Source: Nitrosopumilus sp. (GTDB taxonomy: Archaea > Thermoproteota > Nitrososphaeria > Nitrososphaerales > Nitrosopumilaceae). Taken from it: DNA of 64,000 nucleotides. Shown piece by piece: positions 53,093 to 62,399 of the stretch (positions are counted from its first letter, which is position 1; each line of letters starts with the position of its first letter). A program made the translations under genes and the position numbers. Location: positions 1,984,001 to 2,048,000 of the forward strand of contig CBDBLO010000002.1 in NCBI GenBank assembly GCA_965207075.1. Reading direction: 5' to 3'. A model generated the notes under the pieces. The model did no database searches. It had not been told where the DNA came from and saw only the letters and a program-made list of their open reading frames with translations.

Positions 53093-54541
53093 GTGGGCGC
53101 ATACTTTGGCACAAACGGCATACGCGGGATCCCCGGGCGCGGATTCTTTACGCTCGACTTTGCATGCACCGCAGCGGCCGCGATAGGCTCCCACCTCCTG
53201 GCGTCTGCACGCGACAGTGGCGCGAACCGCAGCGGCGACAACGGGGGCGGCACAACGGTGCTGGTCGGATACGACGGGCGCAGCACGGGGCCGCTCATAT
53301 GCAGCGCGGTGTCGGCCGCGCTCAGCTACGCGGGCATAGACTGCGCGGTTGCCGGCATGCTGTCAACCCCCTGCCTCGAATACGAGGTAAGAAAGAAGCC
53401 GCAGTACGCGGGAGGCATAATGATTACGGCGTCGCACAACCCGCCGGCATACAACGGGCTGAAGGTAGTCGCGTCAGACGGCATCGAGGTATCACGCCAA
53501 GACGAGCTGCGGATAGAGAACAGGATTACGTCCGGGGGGGTCCGCGCGGCAGGGAATGGGGAATGGGGAGCCATATCATCCGCGCGGGAGTTTGACTACG
53601 TGTCCGACGTGGCGTCCCGGGTCGACAGGCAGGCGATATCGTCAAGGGGCCTCAGGGTCGTGATAGACTCCGGAAACGGCGCGCAGGGGCCGTTTGCGGC
53701 GGAGCTGTGCGGCATGCTCGGCTGCCGGTACACGGTGATAAACCGGGAGGTGGACGGCAGGTTCCCGGGGCGGGGCCCCGAGCCCACGCCGGAGAACCTC
53801 TCGCAACTGTCCCGGGAGGTGGTGCGCAGCGGCGCCGACCTCGGGGTCGCGTTTGACGGCGACGGGGACAGGAGCATATTCTGCGACGAGACCGGCGGCA
53901 TAGTAATAGGCGACCGCTCGGCCCTCGTACTTGCAAGGCACATACTGGGCGGCAGCAGGGGCTCGAGTATTGCGACCTGCCTCAACTCCAGCTCGTCGGC
54001 AGAAAAGGTGGCCGCCGAGTTCGGCTCCGACGTCATACGCACCAGGATAGGCAGCGTCGAGGTCTCGCAGTGCATGAGGGAGACCGGCGCCCTGATAGGA
54101 TACGAGGAGAACGGCGGGTTCATGTACGGGGCGCACAACGCGGTCCGCGACGGATGCATGACGCTGGCGCTCATGCTCGACGCGCTGGCAAGCTCCGAGA
54201 TCACGCTGTCGCAGCACGCCGGCCTGCTGCCCCCCTCGTATACTGCAAAGACAAAGGTGAGGTGCGCGGAGAATGGCGGTGGCGGTGGCGGCAGGAGTGC
54301 CGGCAGCACCGCGCGGTCCGTCATGGGGCGCCTCAGGGACGCGCTGGACGTATCGGACGACTCTGACGGCCTCAAGGTCCTGCTGTCGGATGCCGGCAAC
54401 AGGTGGGTCCTGGTGCGCCCAAGCGGCACCGAGCCGGCCCTGCGCGTGTACGCCGAGGCCCCCACCCAGGGCGAGGCCGACGGCATCGTGTCCGAGTACG
54501 CCAAGATGCTGCTCGGGATGGACGGCGTCTCACCATACTGA
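53093..54541 (+). CDS. Phosphoglucomutase/phosphomannomutase/phosphoglucosamine mutase
   Basis: FGTNGIRG, ITASHNP, FDGDGDR, YEENGG, VRPSGTEP; start moved to GTG 53093 because the called start lies inside the tRNA. Confidence 0.92.
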   Translation: MGAYFGTNGIRGIPGRGFFTLDFACTAAAAIGSHLLASARDSGANRSGDNGGGTTVLVGYDGRSTGPLICSAVSAALSYAGIDCAVAGMLSTPCLEYEVRKKPQYAGGIMITASHNPPAYNGLKVVASDGIEVSRQDELRIENRITSGGVRAAGNGEWGAISSAREFDYVSDVASRVDRQAISSRGLRVVIDSGNGAQGPFAAELCGMLGCRYTVINREVDGRFPGRGPEPTPENLSQLSREVVRSGADLGVAFDGDGDRSIFCDETGGIVIGDRSALVLARHILGGSRGSSIATCLNSSSSAEKVAAEFGSDVIRTRIGSVEVSQCMRETGALIGYEENGGFMYGAHNAVRDGCMTLALMLDALASSEITLSQHAGLLPPSYTAKTKVRCAENGGGGGGRSAGSTARSVMGRLRDALDVSDDSDGLKVLLSDAGNRWVLVRPSGTEPALRVYAEAPTQGEADGIVSEYAKMLLGMDGVSPY

Positions 54542-54599
54542 TCATAAAAGAACGCCGTAAATTTTAATATACTAGCGAAAGGCCCCAAAGTCGAGAAAG

Positions 54600-54842
54600 A
54601 TGTCCGTTGATATGGCAGTAAAGGTGCTTGATGAGAGCATCAACCAGGTCGTACTGATAAAGCTAAAGGGGAACAAGACCATCAGGGGAAACCTGCTCGG
54701 CTTTGACCAGCACATGAACCTGCTGCTTGACGCCTCTGAGGAGATACCCGCGGAGGGCGAGGCGGAGAGCCTGGGTTCCATCGTGGTGAGGGGCGACAAC
54801 GTGGTGATGATATCCCCGCCCCCGGCATCGCAGCAGCAGTAG
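54600..54842 (+). CDS. Sm/Lsm protein
   Basis: [22 protein letters not shown]. Confidence 0.95.
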   Translation: MSVDMAVKVLDESINQVVLIKLKGNKTIRGNLLGFDQHMNLLLDASEEIPAEGEAESLGSIVVRGDNVVMISPPPASQQQ

Positions 54843-54855
54843 TGGGTGGCGTGCA

Positions 54856-55023
54856 ATGGTAAAGGGCACCACATCAATGGGCGGCTTTACAAAGAAAAAG
54901 GTGCACATAAGGTGCAGGCGCTGCGGCAAGAACTCGCTTCACAAGCGACACCACAGGTGCGCCAGCTGCGGATTTCCCGACGCAAAGCGCAGAAAGTATT
55001 CCTGGATAAAGTGGTACACGTAG
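54856..55023 (+). CDS. rpl37e: 50S ribosomal protein L37e (missed by the ORF track)
   Basis: [41 protein letters not shown]; canonical Sm-L37e synteny. Confidence 0.95.
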   Translation: MVKGTTSMGGFTKKKVHIRCRRCGKNSLHKRHHRCASCGFPDAKRRKYSWIKWYT

Positions 55024-55024
55024 A

Positions 55025-56188
55025 ATGCAGGAGATTGCCCTTCTTCTAAGCTCGCTAGCAGGAATTGCCACAGCGGCGGCAGTGCGGGCGAGGTCGGGCA
55101 GCGGCCAGATCCTCACGCTGGGCGCAAGCTCCCAGATCCAGAGCCAGATAAAGGCCCTGAGGATGGAGAAGGAGGTACTTGCAAAGACCATCACCAGGCT
55201 GTACCAAGCAGAGTGGGAGATGCCCAGGGAGCAGAAGGAGGGGCTGCTTGCCAGATACCAGCGCCAGATGGGGATGGTGATGGCAAGGCTTGAAAAGATG
55301 GAGGACGCGAAGAGGCATCCGGACCTGGGCCCCGTCGGGGACGGGCTGATCACGCTGATGGATCAAAAGCTGTCAGGCCTGGACGCAAAGATCTACGACA
55401 TATCGTCGGCCGTGGCCGACATCAAGGCGGTGCAGCAAAAGGCGATAGCGCCCGGGAAGGCGGAGGCGCAGAGTACGGGAGGCGCAGGGGGCGTGGCGGC
55501 GGTGGCGCCAACGGCGGCGGTGGCGCCAACGGCGGCGACGGCAGACACCAAGGTTGCGCCGGACGTGCCGATCCCAGGACAGAGGCGCGTCAGGCCGTTT
55601 GAGATTACCACGCTTACGAGCATCCCTGCCGCGAAAAAACCAGAGTTCAGGATAAAGACGGACGAAAAGAAGGCGCCTGTGGCAGCAGCAGAACAGCAGG
55701 CCGCAACAGACGCGCCGGTGACGCAAAGGCAGGAGCAGATTCAGCAGCCGGGGCGGGGCCTGCAGGAGCAGCTCCCGGTAGAAAAGCCCGCTGCCGTACA
55801 GAAAGGGGATGCGCCAGAAAAGGAATCCGCGCCAGTGGCGGAGGAGGAGAAAAAGATGCCAGACGTGTCATCGCTGATCGTACCCGACGTCGCAACTGCG
55901 ATAGTGCCCAAAACCATACCTAACGCCGCGGGCACGGAAGACGGCGCGGCAGGCAGGCCCGAGCCCACCACGCTGCCCTCCCCAGCGGCGGCGGCGATTG
56001 CAGGCGGCAAGGTCACGCCGCCAAAACAAGATGAGGGCGAGGCGGCGAGGCTCACCGGTGACGACAGCGGCATTCAAGGCGGCGTGGATGACGTGAAGGA
56101 AGAGGAGGAAGATGACAAGGAGCTCGAGGAGGCCATAAGCGACATCAAGAAGACCCTGGAAAAGCTTGACAGGGCGGAGTCCGAATAA
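55025..56188 (+). CDS. Conserved hypothetical membrane-anchored coiled-coil protein
   Basis: N-terminal hydrophobic anchor, coiled coil, long low-complexity middle. Confidence 0.7.
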   Translation: MQEIALLLSSLAGIATAAAVRARSGSGQILTLGASSQIQSQIKALRMEKEVLAKTITRLYQAEWEMPREQKEGLLARYQRQMGMVMARLEKMEDAKRHPDLGPVGDGLITLMDQKLSGLDAKIYDISSAVADIKAVQQKAIAPGKAEAQSTGGAGGVAAVAPTAAVAPTAATADTKVAPDVPIPGQRRVRPFEITTLTSIPAAKKPEFRIKTDEKKAPVAAAEQQAATDAPVTQRQEQIQQPGRGLQEQLPVEKPAAVQKGDAPEKESAPVAEEEKKMPDVSSLIVPDVATAIVPKTIPNAAGTEDGAAGRPEPTTLPSPAAAAIAGGKVTPPKQDEGEAARLTGDDSGIQGGVDDVKEEEEDDKELEEAISDIKKTLEKLDRAESE

Positions 56189-56189
56189 G

Positions 56190-56969
56190 ATGGCGCCAAG
56201 GTCGTCGGCCGCATACGGCGCCGCCATAAGGGCGGCGGCAAGGGATGCGACAAAGTACGTCGCGCGCACCGCCGCCGCGAAAGACGACGTTACAAGGGTA
56301 GGCTTTGGCAGCGGCCGCGCCGCGACGGCAGTCGCAAGGGAGATCGCAGGACTGGTCAGGGACAAAGGCCTCAGGGTAATCGGCGTCCCGACCTCGCTTC
56401 AGATCAAGCTCGTAATCGAGGAGGAGGTGGGTGACGCTATACCCCTCATAGGCGCGGACCAGACGGACATGGTCGACGTAGTATATGACGGCGCGGACCA
56501 GATAGACGCCAGCGGATACGTGGTAAAGGGGGGCGGGGGCGCCCTCCTGCGCGAGAACATACTGTTCAACATGGCGCAGAGGGTGGTGGTAATGGCGGAT
56601 GCCACAAAGTTCGTCAGGAACATATCCAGGACCGTCCCGGTGGAGGCGCACAGGCTCGCCCGCCGGCTGGTCCAAAGAAGGATAACGGAGATGGGGGGGG
56701 AGCCCGTCCTGCGCGTGCAGGACTCTGGGTATCCCGTATTCACCGAGAACGGAAACGTCATTCTGGACTGCGGCTTTGGAACCATACGGGATCCCGGCAG
56801 GCTGACTGGCGCCATAAGGCGCATACCCGGGGTCGCAGAGTCCGGAATCTTTGCAAGGAGGCCCGACATCATATACAAGGCGGGCAGGCGCGGCAAGTTC
56901 AGGGAGATCCGCGCAAGGTCCGGACGCGCCGACGCGTACGGCGAAAGGGATCCGGACCTCAGGGCATGA
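56190..56969 (+). CDS. rpiA: Ribose-5-phosphate isomerase A
   Basis: GFGSG, DGADQID, KGGGGALLRE, TENGNVILD. Confidence 0.93.
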   Translation: MAPRSSAAYGAAIRAAARDATKYVARTAAAKDDVTRVGFGSGRAATAVAREIAGLVRDKGLRVIGVPTSLQIKLVIEEEVGDAIPLIGADQTDMVDVVYDGADQIDASGYVVKGGGGALLRENILFNMAQRVVVMADATKFVRNISRTVPVEAHRLARRLVQRRITEMGGEPVLRVQDSGYPVFTENGNVILDCGFGTIRDPGRLTGAIRRIPGVAESGIFARRPDIIYKAGRRGKFREIRARSGRADAYGERDPDLRA

Positions 56970-57032
56970 GGCGGCAGTCACGCGCGGCGCACGCGCGTGC
57001 GGCAGGTACAGCTCCACGCGGGGGAGGGGCCG

Positions 57033-58439
57033 TCAGTCCGACGAGCCGGGGCGCCCTGCCATCCTGCCATACCCAGGCTTGCTGACCATCTCGAACTCGT
57101 CGGATACGACCTGTCCGCGCACAATCGTCCTGACGGGCCACCCCCGAAGCGTCATGCCCTCGTATACGGAATAGTCCGAAAAGCCCCCGAACATCTCCGA
57201 CGTGACCCTCTTCTCGCGCTTGAGGTCAAGCATCGCAATGTCGGCATCGCACCCGACTGCAATCCGGCCCTTGCCGCGCAGTCCGAATATGCTGGCGGCG
57301 TTCTGGCTGGTCAGGCGGGCAAACTCGCCGACCGTGATGCGGCCCGAGTTGACGCCCTCGTGCAGCATTATCGGCACCGACGTCCCGACTCCCGGGAACC
57401 CCGCCGGCGCGCCCCAGACGTCCTCGCCCCCGAGCTTTAGCGACAGCTGGTTTGCCACGTGGTCCGTCCCTATGGTATCAATGGAGCCGTCCGATATGGA
57501 CTGCCACACGGAGTCCCTGTCGCGGCCCGTCCGGATCGGCGGCATCACCTTTGCAAGGTAGCCGCCCCTCCCCTCGTGCGACAGCGTGAGATAGTGGGGG
57601 CAGGTCTCCACGTATATGCGGGTGCCAAGCGCACGCTCGGCCCTGATCTGCCCGAGGGCCTCGGCCGAGCCCACGTGGACAAAGTATATGGTGCAGCCGT
57701 ACTCGCGGCCGAACCCCGACACGGTCTTGATCGCCTTTGCCTCCGACGTCGGCGGGCGGCTCTCGGACCAGGCGGAGAGCCCGTCGAGCCCCTTTTGCCG
57801 CGCCGTCTTGATTCCGCAGCCGCACATCTCATAATCCTCGGCGTGCACGAGCACGGGGCAGCCGAGCCGCGCGGCCTCCCTTACCGTCTCCCGCACCATG
57901 CGGTCATCCACGTGGACGCTTGAGGGCGCCAGCTCCTTGGAGCCGGGCGGCATGTCCATGTATACGTGGCCCACCTCGCCCCCGAGGTTCATGTATATCT
58001 TAAACGACCTCACGTCGCACTTCTCAGAGCAGAACTCCATGGTGCGCACCTGTTCGGGCGTAAAGACCGACGCGTGTACGGCATAGTCCACGTGGTGGTT
58101 TGCCGACATCGCATCGAGCTGCTCGGGCAGCGACTCGTCAAAGGGGCCTGGAAGCCGGAGCATGCGCATCATGGTGGTTATACCGCCGATTGCGGCCGCG
58201 CGCGACTCGGTCCGGGCGGCCTTGTCGATGGGCGAGTACACCCCGTAGTGGACGTGCGGGTCTATCGGCCCCGGGACTGACACGAGGCCCCTGCCGTCTA
58301 TGCGGACGTCGGCCGGCGGCAGGTCCGTGGTAATGCCGGATATGAGGCCGTCGTCAATCACGATGTTTGCATCCGAGAGTTCCCCGGTGTCCGGAAGCAC
58401 GACGTGCGATCCGGCAATGACTGTGTCGTGCGTGGCCAT
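57033..58439 (-). CDS. Dihydroorotase/allantoinase-family amidohydrolase
   Basis: IDPHVH, GGITT, VHAED, ETCPHYL, GTDH, DADI. Confidence 0.88.
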   Translation of the reverse strand: MATHDTVIAGSHVVLPDTGELSDANIVIDDGLISGITTDLPPADVRIDGRGLVSVPGPIDPHVHYGVYSPIDKAARTESRAAAIGGITTMMRMLRLPGPFDESLPEQLDAMSANHHVDYAVHASVFTPEQVRTMEFCSEKCDVRSFKIYMNLGGEVGHVYMDMPPGSKELAPSSVHVDDRMVRETVREAARLGCPVLVHAEDYEMCGCGIKTARQKGLDGLSAWSESRPPTSEAKAIKTVSGFGREYGCTIYFVHVGSAEALGQIRAERALGTRIYVETCPHYLTLSHEGRGGYLAKVMPPIRTGRDRDSVWQSISDGSIDTIGTDHVANQLSLKLGGEDVWGAPAGFPGVGTSVPIMLHEGVNSGRITVGEFARLTSQNAASIFGLRGKGRIAVGCDADIAMLDLKREKRVTSEMFGGFSDYSVYEGMTLRGWPVRTIVRGQVVSDEFEMVSKPGYGRMAGRPGSSD

Positions 58440-58491
58440 GCCTGGCGTGGCCCTGCTGCGCTATTATGCCTTGAGGCGTACGCAAGAGGCG

Positions 58492-59620
58492 TGTGGTATC
58501 CAAAAAGTAGTTCCCCCCTCCCTATCTGGCATCGTACTCCTCACCCGTCTGCTCATCTATGATCCTTTCCCCCTTGGGAGCCATCTTTCTCTCAAACGCC
58601 TCTGCAGGAGTCTCGTCGTCATTCAGTGACATGTGCGTCCGGCGGTAGTTGTACCACTGCATGAACAGGTCCATCGGATCGCTCTTCCTCATCATTATGG
58701 CCTCAAACTCGTGCAGCTTGCGCTGTATTTCTCCGTGCAGGCGCTCTATCTTGCCGTTGGTCTGCGGGTGCCCCACGCCCGCGAGTATCTGGCGTATGCC
58801 GAGCTCGACCAGTCTCTTCTCGAACCCGCTCTCGCCGCGCGCCTTGGCCTCTTTCTCGTTTGCGTAGAACTGCACACCGTGATCCGTCATGATCGACGCC
58901 GGCCTGCCGTGGTTCTTGATGGCCTCGTCAAGCACTCTGAGGGCGTTCTCGGTGGTGGCGTTGTCGAAGATTCCATATCCCGTCACGAACCTGGACGCGT
59001 CGTCCTCGTAGCACAGGAACCAGCGGCCGTCGTGCATTCCGCCGTGGATCTGCTTCCAGTCCGTGTGCCACAGCGAGTTTGAGTGCGTGCGCTCGTATCT
59101 GACCCATCTGCGCCTCTTTCTCTTCTTGCCCGGCTCCTCCCGGGCAAGGTTCTCCTCCACCATTACCCTGTGTATGACGCCCAGTGGGATATTAAGACCG
59201 CACTGTTTCCGGATCTTTTCTCGCAGCAGGGATGCGCTCACGTGCTCGCCGCCGCGCGCGTTCAGTACCGCCGCGTGCTCCCTGCGGCCGTACATGCTGG
59301 CAACGCGCCTGCCCATCCGGGGCGGATGAACCACGTCCTTCACCCGCTTGTGCTTGTACCTGGACCAGAGTTTCTTCACCCATCGCGCGGAGACCTTCAT
59401 GGATTCGGCTATCTGAGCGTTGGTGAGTTCACCCTTGTGCTTCTCTTGCAGTATCCATCGTACCTGCTTTGTGTCGAGCCTCACTCTGTCTGGGTTCTCA
59501 CGGCTTACGTATTTACGCCGCCGCCTGCTCCAGACCCACACACCCACATTTCCACTGCGCATGTTGACACACAGCCTGCCTAGGCTCCGGGACAGGGGGT
59601 GAACGACTTTTTGTATAACA
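58492..59620 (-). mobile_element. IS481-like insertion sequence
   Basis: Imperfect TIRs TGGTATCCAAAAAGTAGTTC (58494) versus reverse complement TGTTATACAAAAAGTCGTTC (59620) enclosing a single DDE ORF. Confidence 0.8.
58522..59562 (-). CDS. IS481-type DDE transposase (integrase core)
   Basis: HTH, LWHTDWK, EDDASRF, MTDHGVQF, PQTNGKIER, YNYRRTH. Confidence 0.9.
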   Translation of the reverse strand: MRSGNVGVWVWSRRRRKYVSRENPDRVRLDTKQVRWILQEKHKGELTNAQIAESMKVSARWVKKLWSRYKHKRVKDVVHPPRMGRRVASMYGRREHAAVLNARGGEHVSASLLREKIRKQCGLNIPLGVIHRVMVEENLAREEPGKKRKRRRWVRYERTHSNSLWHTDWKQIHGGMHDGRWFLCYEDDASRFVTGYGIFDNATTENALRVLDEAIKNHGRPASIMTDHGVQFYANEKEAKARGESGFEKRLVELGIRQILAGVGHPQTNGKIERLHGEIQRKLHEFEAIMMRKSDPMDLFMQWYNYRRTHMSLNDDETPAEAFERKMAPKGERIIDEQTGEEYDAR

Positions 59621-59679
59621 GAGCGTACGCAGGAGGCGGTTGAAAATGAATAAAAGCGGACTGTGCGGAGCATGCCAGA

Positions 59680-59754
59680 GGGCCGGTGGTTTAGGGGTAT
59701 GATGCCTCGTTCGCAACGAGGAGGTCGGGGGTTCAAATCCCCCCCGGTCCACCA
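59680..59754 (+). tRNA. tRNA-Ala (CGC), CCA encoded
   Basis: GGGCCGG/CCGGTCC with G3:U70; CCTCG-TT CGC AA-CGAGG. Confidence 0.93.
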
Positions 59755-59892
59755 CCATCATGATGTTACAGTACGGGCCCGCGGCCGGTGGGTCCACGCC
59801 CCCTCGGGGGCCGCTGCGCGTGCCCCGCGAGGCGACGGATGCGGCGCGCACCGCTTGAAAACTCTTATACGCACGCGCCGGATGTGACGCGC

Positions 59893-60267
59893 ATGGAGGT
59901 CTTTGACGGCAAGAAGGCGGCGCAGGAGTACATGTCAAAGCACACGCTGGCCTTTTCCACCCCAGAGCTCACGCTCACGAGGTTCGCCTTCTGGCTGGGG
60001 GACACCGTGCCGGACCCGAAGGGGCAGAAACCCGACGGCGTGCCAAGGATGCTGACGTTCATGACAGAGCAGGACTATGCCCCCGTCATGATAGACGACG
60101 ACAAGTACGAGCCGTCCGGGGCGGTCCTGAGCAGCGCCACGTACGGCAACACGTACGGCAAGGAGGAGGCGCCAAAGGAAGACGCCAAGGGCAGGTTCTG
60201 CTTTGAGTGCGGCATCGGCATATCACAGACTGCAAAGTTCTGCCCGGACTGCGGTACCACGCAGTAA
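59893..60267 (+). CDS. Zinc-ribbon domain protein
   Basis: MEVFDGKKAAQEY...FCFECG..KFCPDCG. Confidence 0.8.
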   Translation: MEVFDGKKAAQEYMSKHTLAFSTPELTLTRFAFWLGDTVPDPKGQKPDGVPRMLTFMTEQDYAPVMIDDDKYEPSGAVLSSATYGNTYGKEEAPKEDAKGRFCFECGIGISQTAKFCPDCGTTQ

Positions 60268-60326
60268 GTTTTGTTGTAAAATTTCAATAACCAATCCCGC
60301 GCGCCGCCGGCCAGGGGCGGCTGCGA

Positions 60327-60902
60327 TCACAGCCTCGCCCCGCACGCGGTGCAGAACTTTGCGTTGGGCCGCAGCGCGGCCCCGCACGAGGCGCATGCGC
60401 CAGAAGGAGGGGGGGGAGCAGTAGAGGCGCCCGGCTGCGCGGTGCCGGGCTGCTGCCGGTGCACGAGCGAGGGGTCCGGCGACGGCAGCGTGCCCACGTT
60501 TCCAAACGCCTCGTTTGCAGAGACGATTCCAGGGGGCCCTCCCACCGGATTCTGGGCCGTCCCGCTTCTAGGGGGCATCATTCCGGGGCCTCCCGCCCCG
60601 GGCATCATTCCGGGGCTCCCCATGCCGGGCATAAGCCCCGGCGACTGCGTGGCCCCCGACCCGGTGGCCACCGACTTTTTAATCTCAAACAGCACCTTTA
60701 TTGCAAGAAACTCCAGCGCAGAGTACGCGACCACATAGTCCCCGAGCCTCTGAAAGAACTCCTTGTCGCTGATCTGGCCCTTTTTGTACATGTTGTTGGT
60801 GTCAAGAAACGACTCGTAATACCCCTGGGACTCGTCAAAGAGGCTGCTGAGCTTTTCAAACAGCATGTTGAGCGTGTCCACTTCGCCAAACGACATGGCC
60901 AT
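60327..60902 (-). CDS. Zinc-ribbon domain protein
   Basis: Helical N-domain, PGM-rich linker, CASCG..KFCTACG. Confidence 0.8.
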   Translation of the reverse strand: MAMSFGEVDTLNMLFEKLSSLFDESQGYYESFLDTNNMYKKGQISDKEFFQRLGDYVVAYSALEFLAIKVLFEIKKSVATGSGATQSPGLMPGMGSPGMMPGAGGPGMMPPRSGTAQNPVGGPPGIVSANEAFGNVGTLPSPDPSLVHRQQPGTAQPGASTAPPPPSGACASCGAALRPNAKFCTACGARL

Positions 60903-60949
60903 GCTCCGGCGCGGACTGTATTAATTACTTTAGGATCGGCGAGCGCGAG

Positions 60950-61276
60950 TCACGCAAGTACTTTGTCTATCATGTCCTGATAGGATTCCTTGGATGCGGC
61001 TCCGATCTGCTGCTTCACCACCTCGCCCTTGTTGAAGAGGAACAGGGTGGGGATGCTGTACACCTGGTACTTGGAGGCCAGCTCGCTGGCCTCGTCTACG
61101 TTGACCTTGACGAACTTGACCTTTCCGTCATAATCGCCCGCTAGCTCCTCTACCACGGGGCCGACCATGCGGCACGGGCCGCACCACTCTGCCCAAAAGT
61201 CCACGAATACGGGAATCTCAGAGTTGATTACCTCCGACTCCCAAGTCTGCGCATCCTTGATTGGTATGGTGCCCAT
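60950..61276 (-). CDS. trxA: Thioredoxin
   Basis: VDFWAEWCGPC, SIPT. Confidence 0.95.
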   Translation of the reverse strand: MGTIPIKDAQTWESEVINSEIPVFVDFWAEWCGPCRMVGPVVEELAGDYDGKVKFVKVNVDEASELASKYQVYSIPTLFLFNKGEVVKQQIGAASKESYQDMIDKVLA

Positions 61277-61411
61277 GCAGCCTCCCACAGTATTACCACC
61301 TAAAAACCTTGACAGCTCGGACTGCAGAGTCGGGGGGCGCCCGTGTCCGAGAAGAAAGATGATCACAAGAGTGCCGCATATGCTTAAATCCCTACTTTAT
61401 GATGGCAGATC

Positions 61412-62359
61412 ATGAGTTCGGAACTCAGGGTCAAAAAGCTCAGAGGATCCGGCGGCTACGTGGTAGCGGCCCTGACTGACGAACAGCAGACAAAGGCAAG
61501 CATAGGAGGCCCCGACCTGTTCCTGGCTCCCCTCTGCAGGATGGACACGGACAGGATGTCAAAGCACATGTGCAACATGTGCGACAAGGAGTACGAGGGA
61601 TCCCCGGAGATACATTACGAGAATCCCAACGAGGAGGTCGCCCAGGGCCTGACACTGGTTGAGAAGGGCAGATACTTTTGCAAGGTATGCAACAGTACAA
61701 TCGCAGAGTACAGGGAATTCAGAAAGGAAGACGAGCAGGCGGCGGGCCTGACTGCGGAGCAGCCGCAGAGTCAAGAGCAGCAGCCAAGCGTAGCGCCGAC
61801 GCCGACGGTGGCAGCCGAGACACCATCTGCGCCGCCGCCAGCGCCATCACCATCTGCGCCGCCGCCAGCGCCATCACCATCTGCGCCGCCGCCAGCGCCA
61901 TCACCATCTGCGCCATCACCATCTGCGCCACCTGCCACCACCGCGCCGCAGCAGCAGCCGCTGCAGCCAAACGTGGCAGAACAGTCGCCACAAACACAGC
62001 AGCAACAGCCGCAACCGGCCGGCACGCCATCTGATGCGTCCGGTGTCAGCGACATCAACGGAAGGGTGGTATACGATGAGAATGCGATAAAGATCGGGAT
62101 TGTAAACCGAATTGGCATAGACTCGACAAATGCAATGGTGCTAGTGATAGCAAAGGACGGCGGGGGCGAGGAGGCAATACCGTGGAGCCGCGTCAGAAAG
62201 GTGGGGGAGATAGTACTGCTTGGTGGCGGTGGTGGCCCGGCCGACGCCCCCGTGGCAGCTGTGTCGGCCGACGGCGGCAACAGCGGCAGATGTGGTAGCT
62301 GTGGATTTGAGAACAGAGAAGGCTCAAGGTTCTGCGAAGAATGCGGCGCCAAATTGTAA
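61412..62359 (+). CDS. PRC-barrel and zinc-ribbon protein with Pro-rich linker
   Basis: CxxC pairs, GRVVYDENAIKIG..IPWSRVRKVGEIVLL, (APPPAPSPS)n, C-terminal CGSCG..FCEECG. Confidence 0.78.
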   Translation: MSSELRVKKLRGSGGYVVAALTDEQQTKASIGGPDLFLAPLCRMDTDRMSKHMCNMCDKEYEGSPEIHYENPNEEVAQGLTLVEKGRYFCKVCNSTIAEYREFRKEDEQAAGLTAEQPQSQEQQPSVAPTPTVAAETPSAPPPAPSPSAPPPAPSPSAPPPAPSPSAPSPSAPPATTAPQQQPLQPNVAEQSPQTQQQQPQPAGTPSDASGVSDINGRVVYDENAIKIGIVNRIGIDSTNAMVLVIAKDGGGEEAIPWSRVRKVGEIVLLGGGGGPADAPVAAVSADGGNSGRCGSCGFENREGSRFCEECGAKL

Positions 62360-62399
62360 TGGTTGATATTGGCAGCCTCGGCGGAAAACGATCAGTCAG

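Noticed and set aside
59563-59736. Transposase N-terminal extension
   Set aside because: Runs beyond the TIR and antisense through tRNA-Ala.
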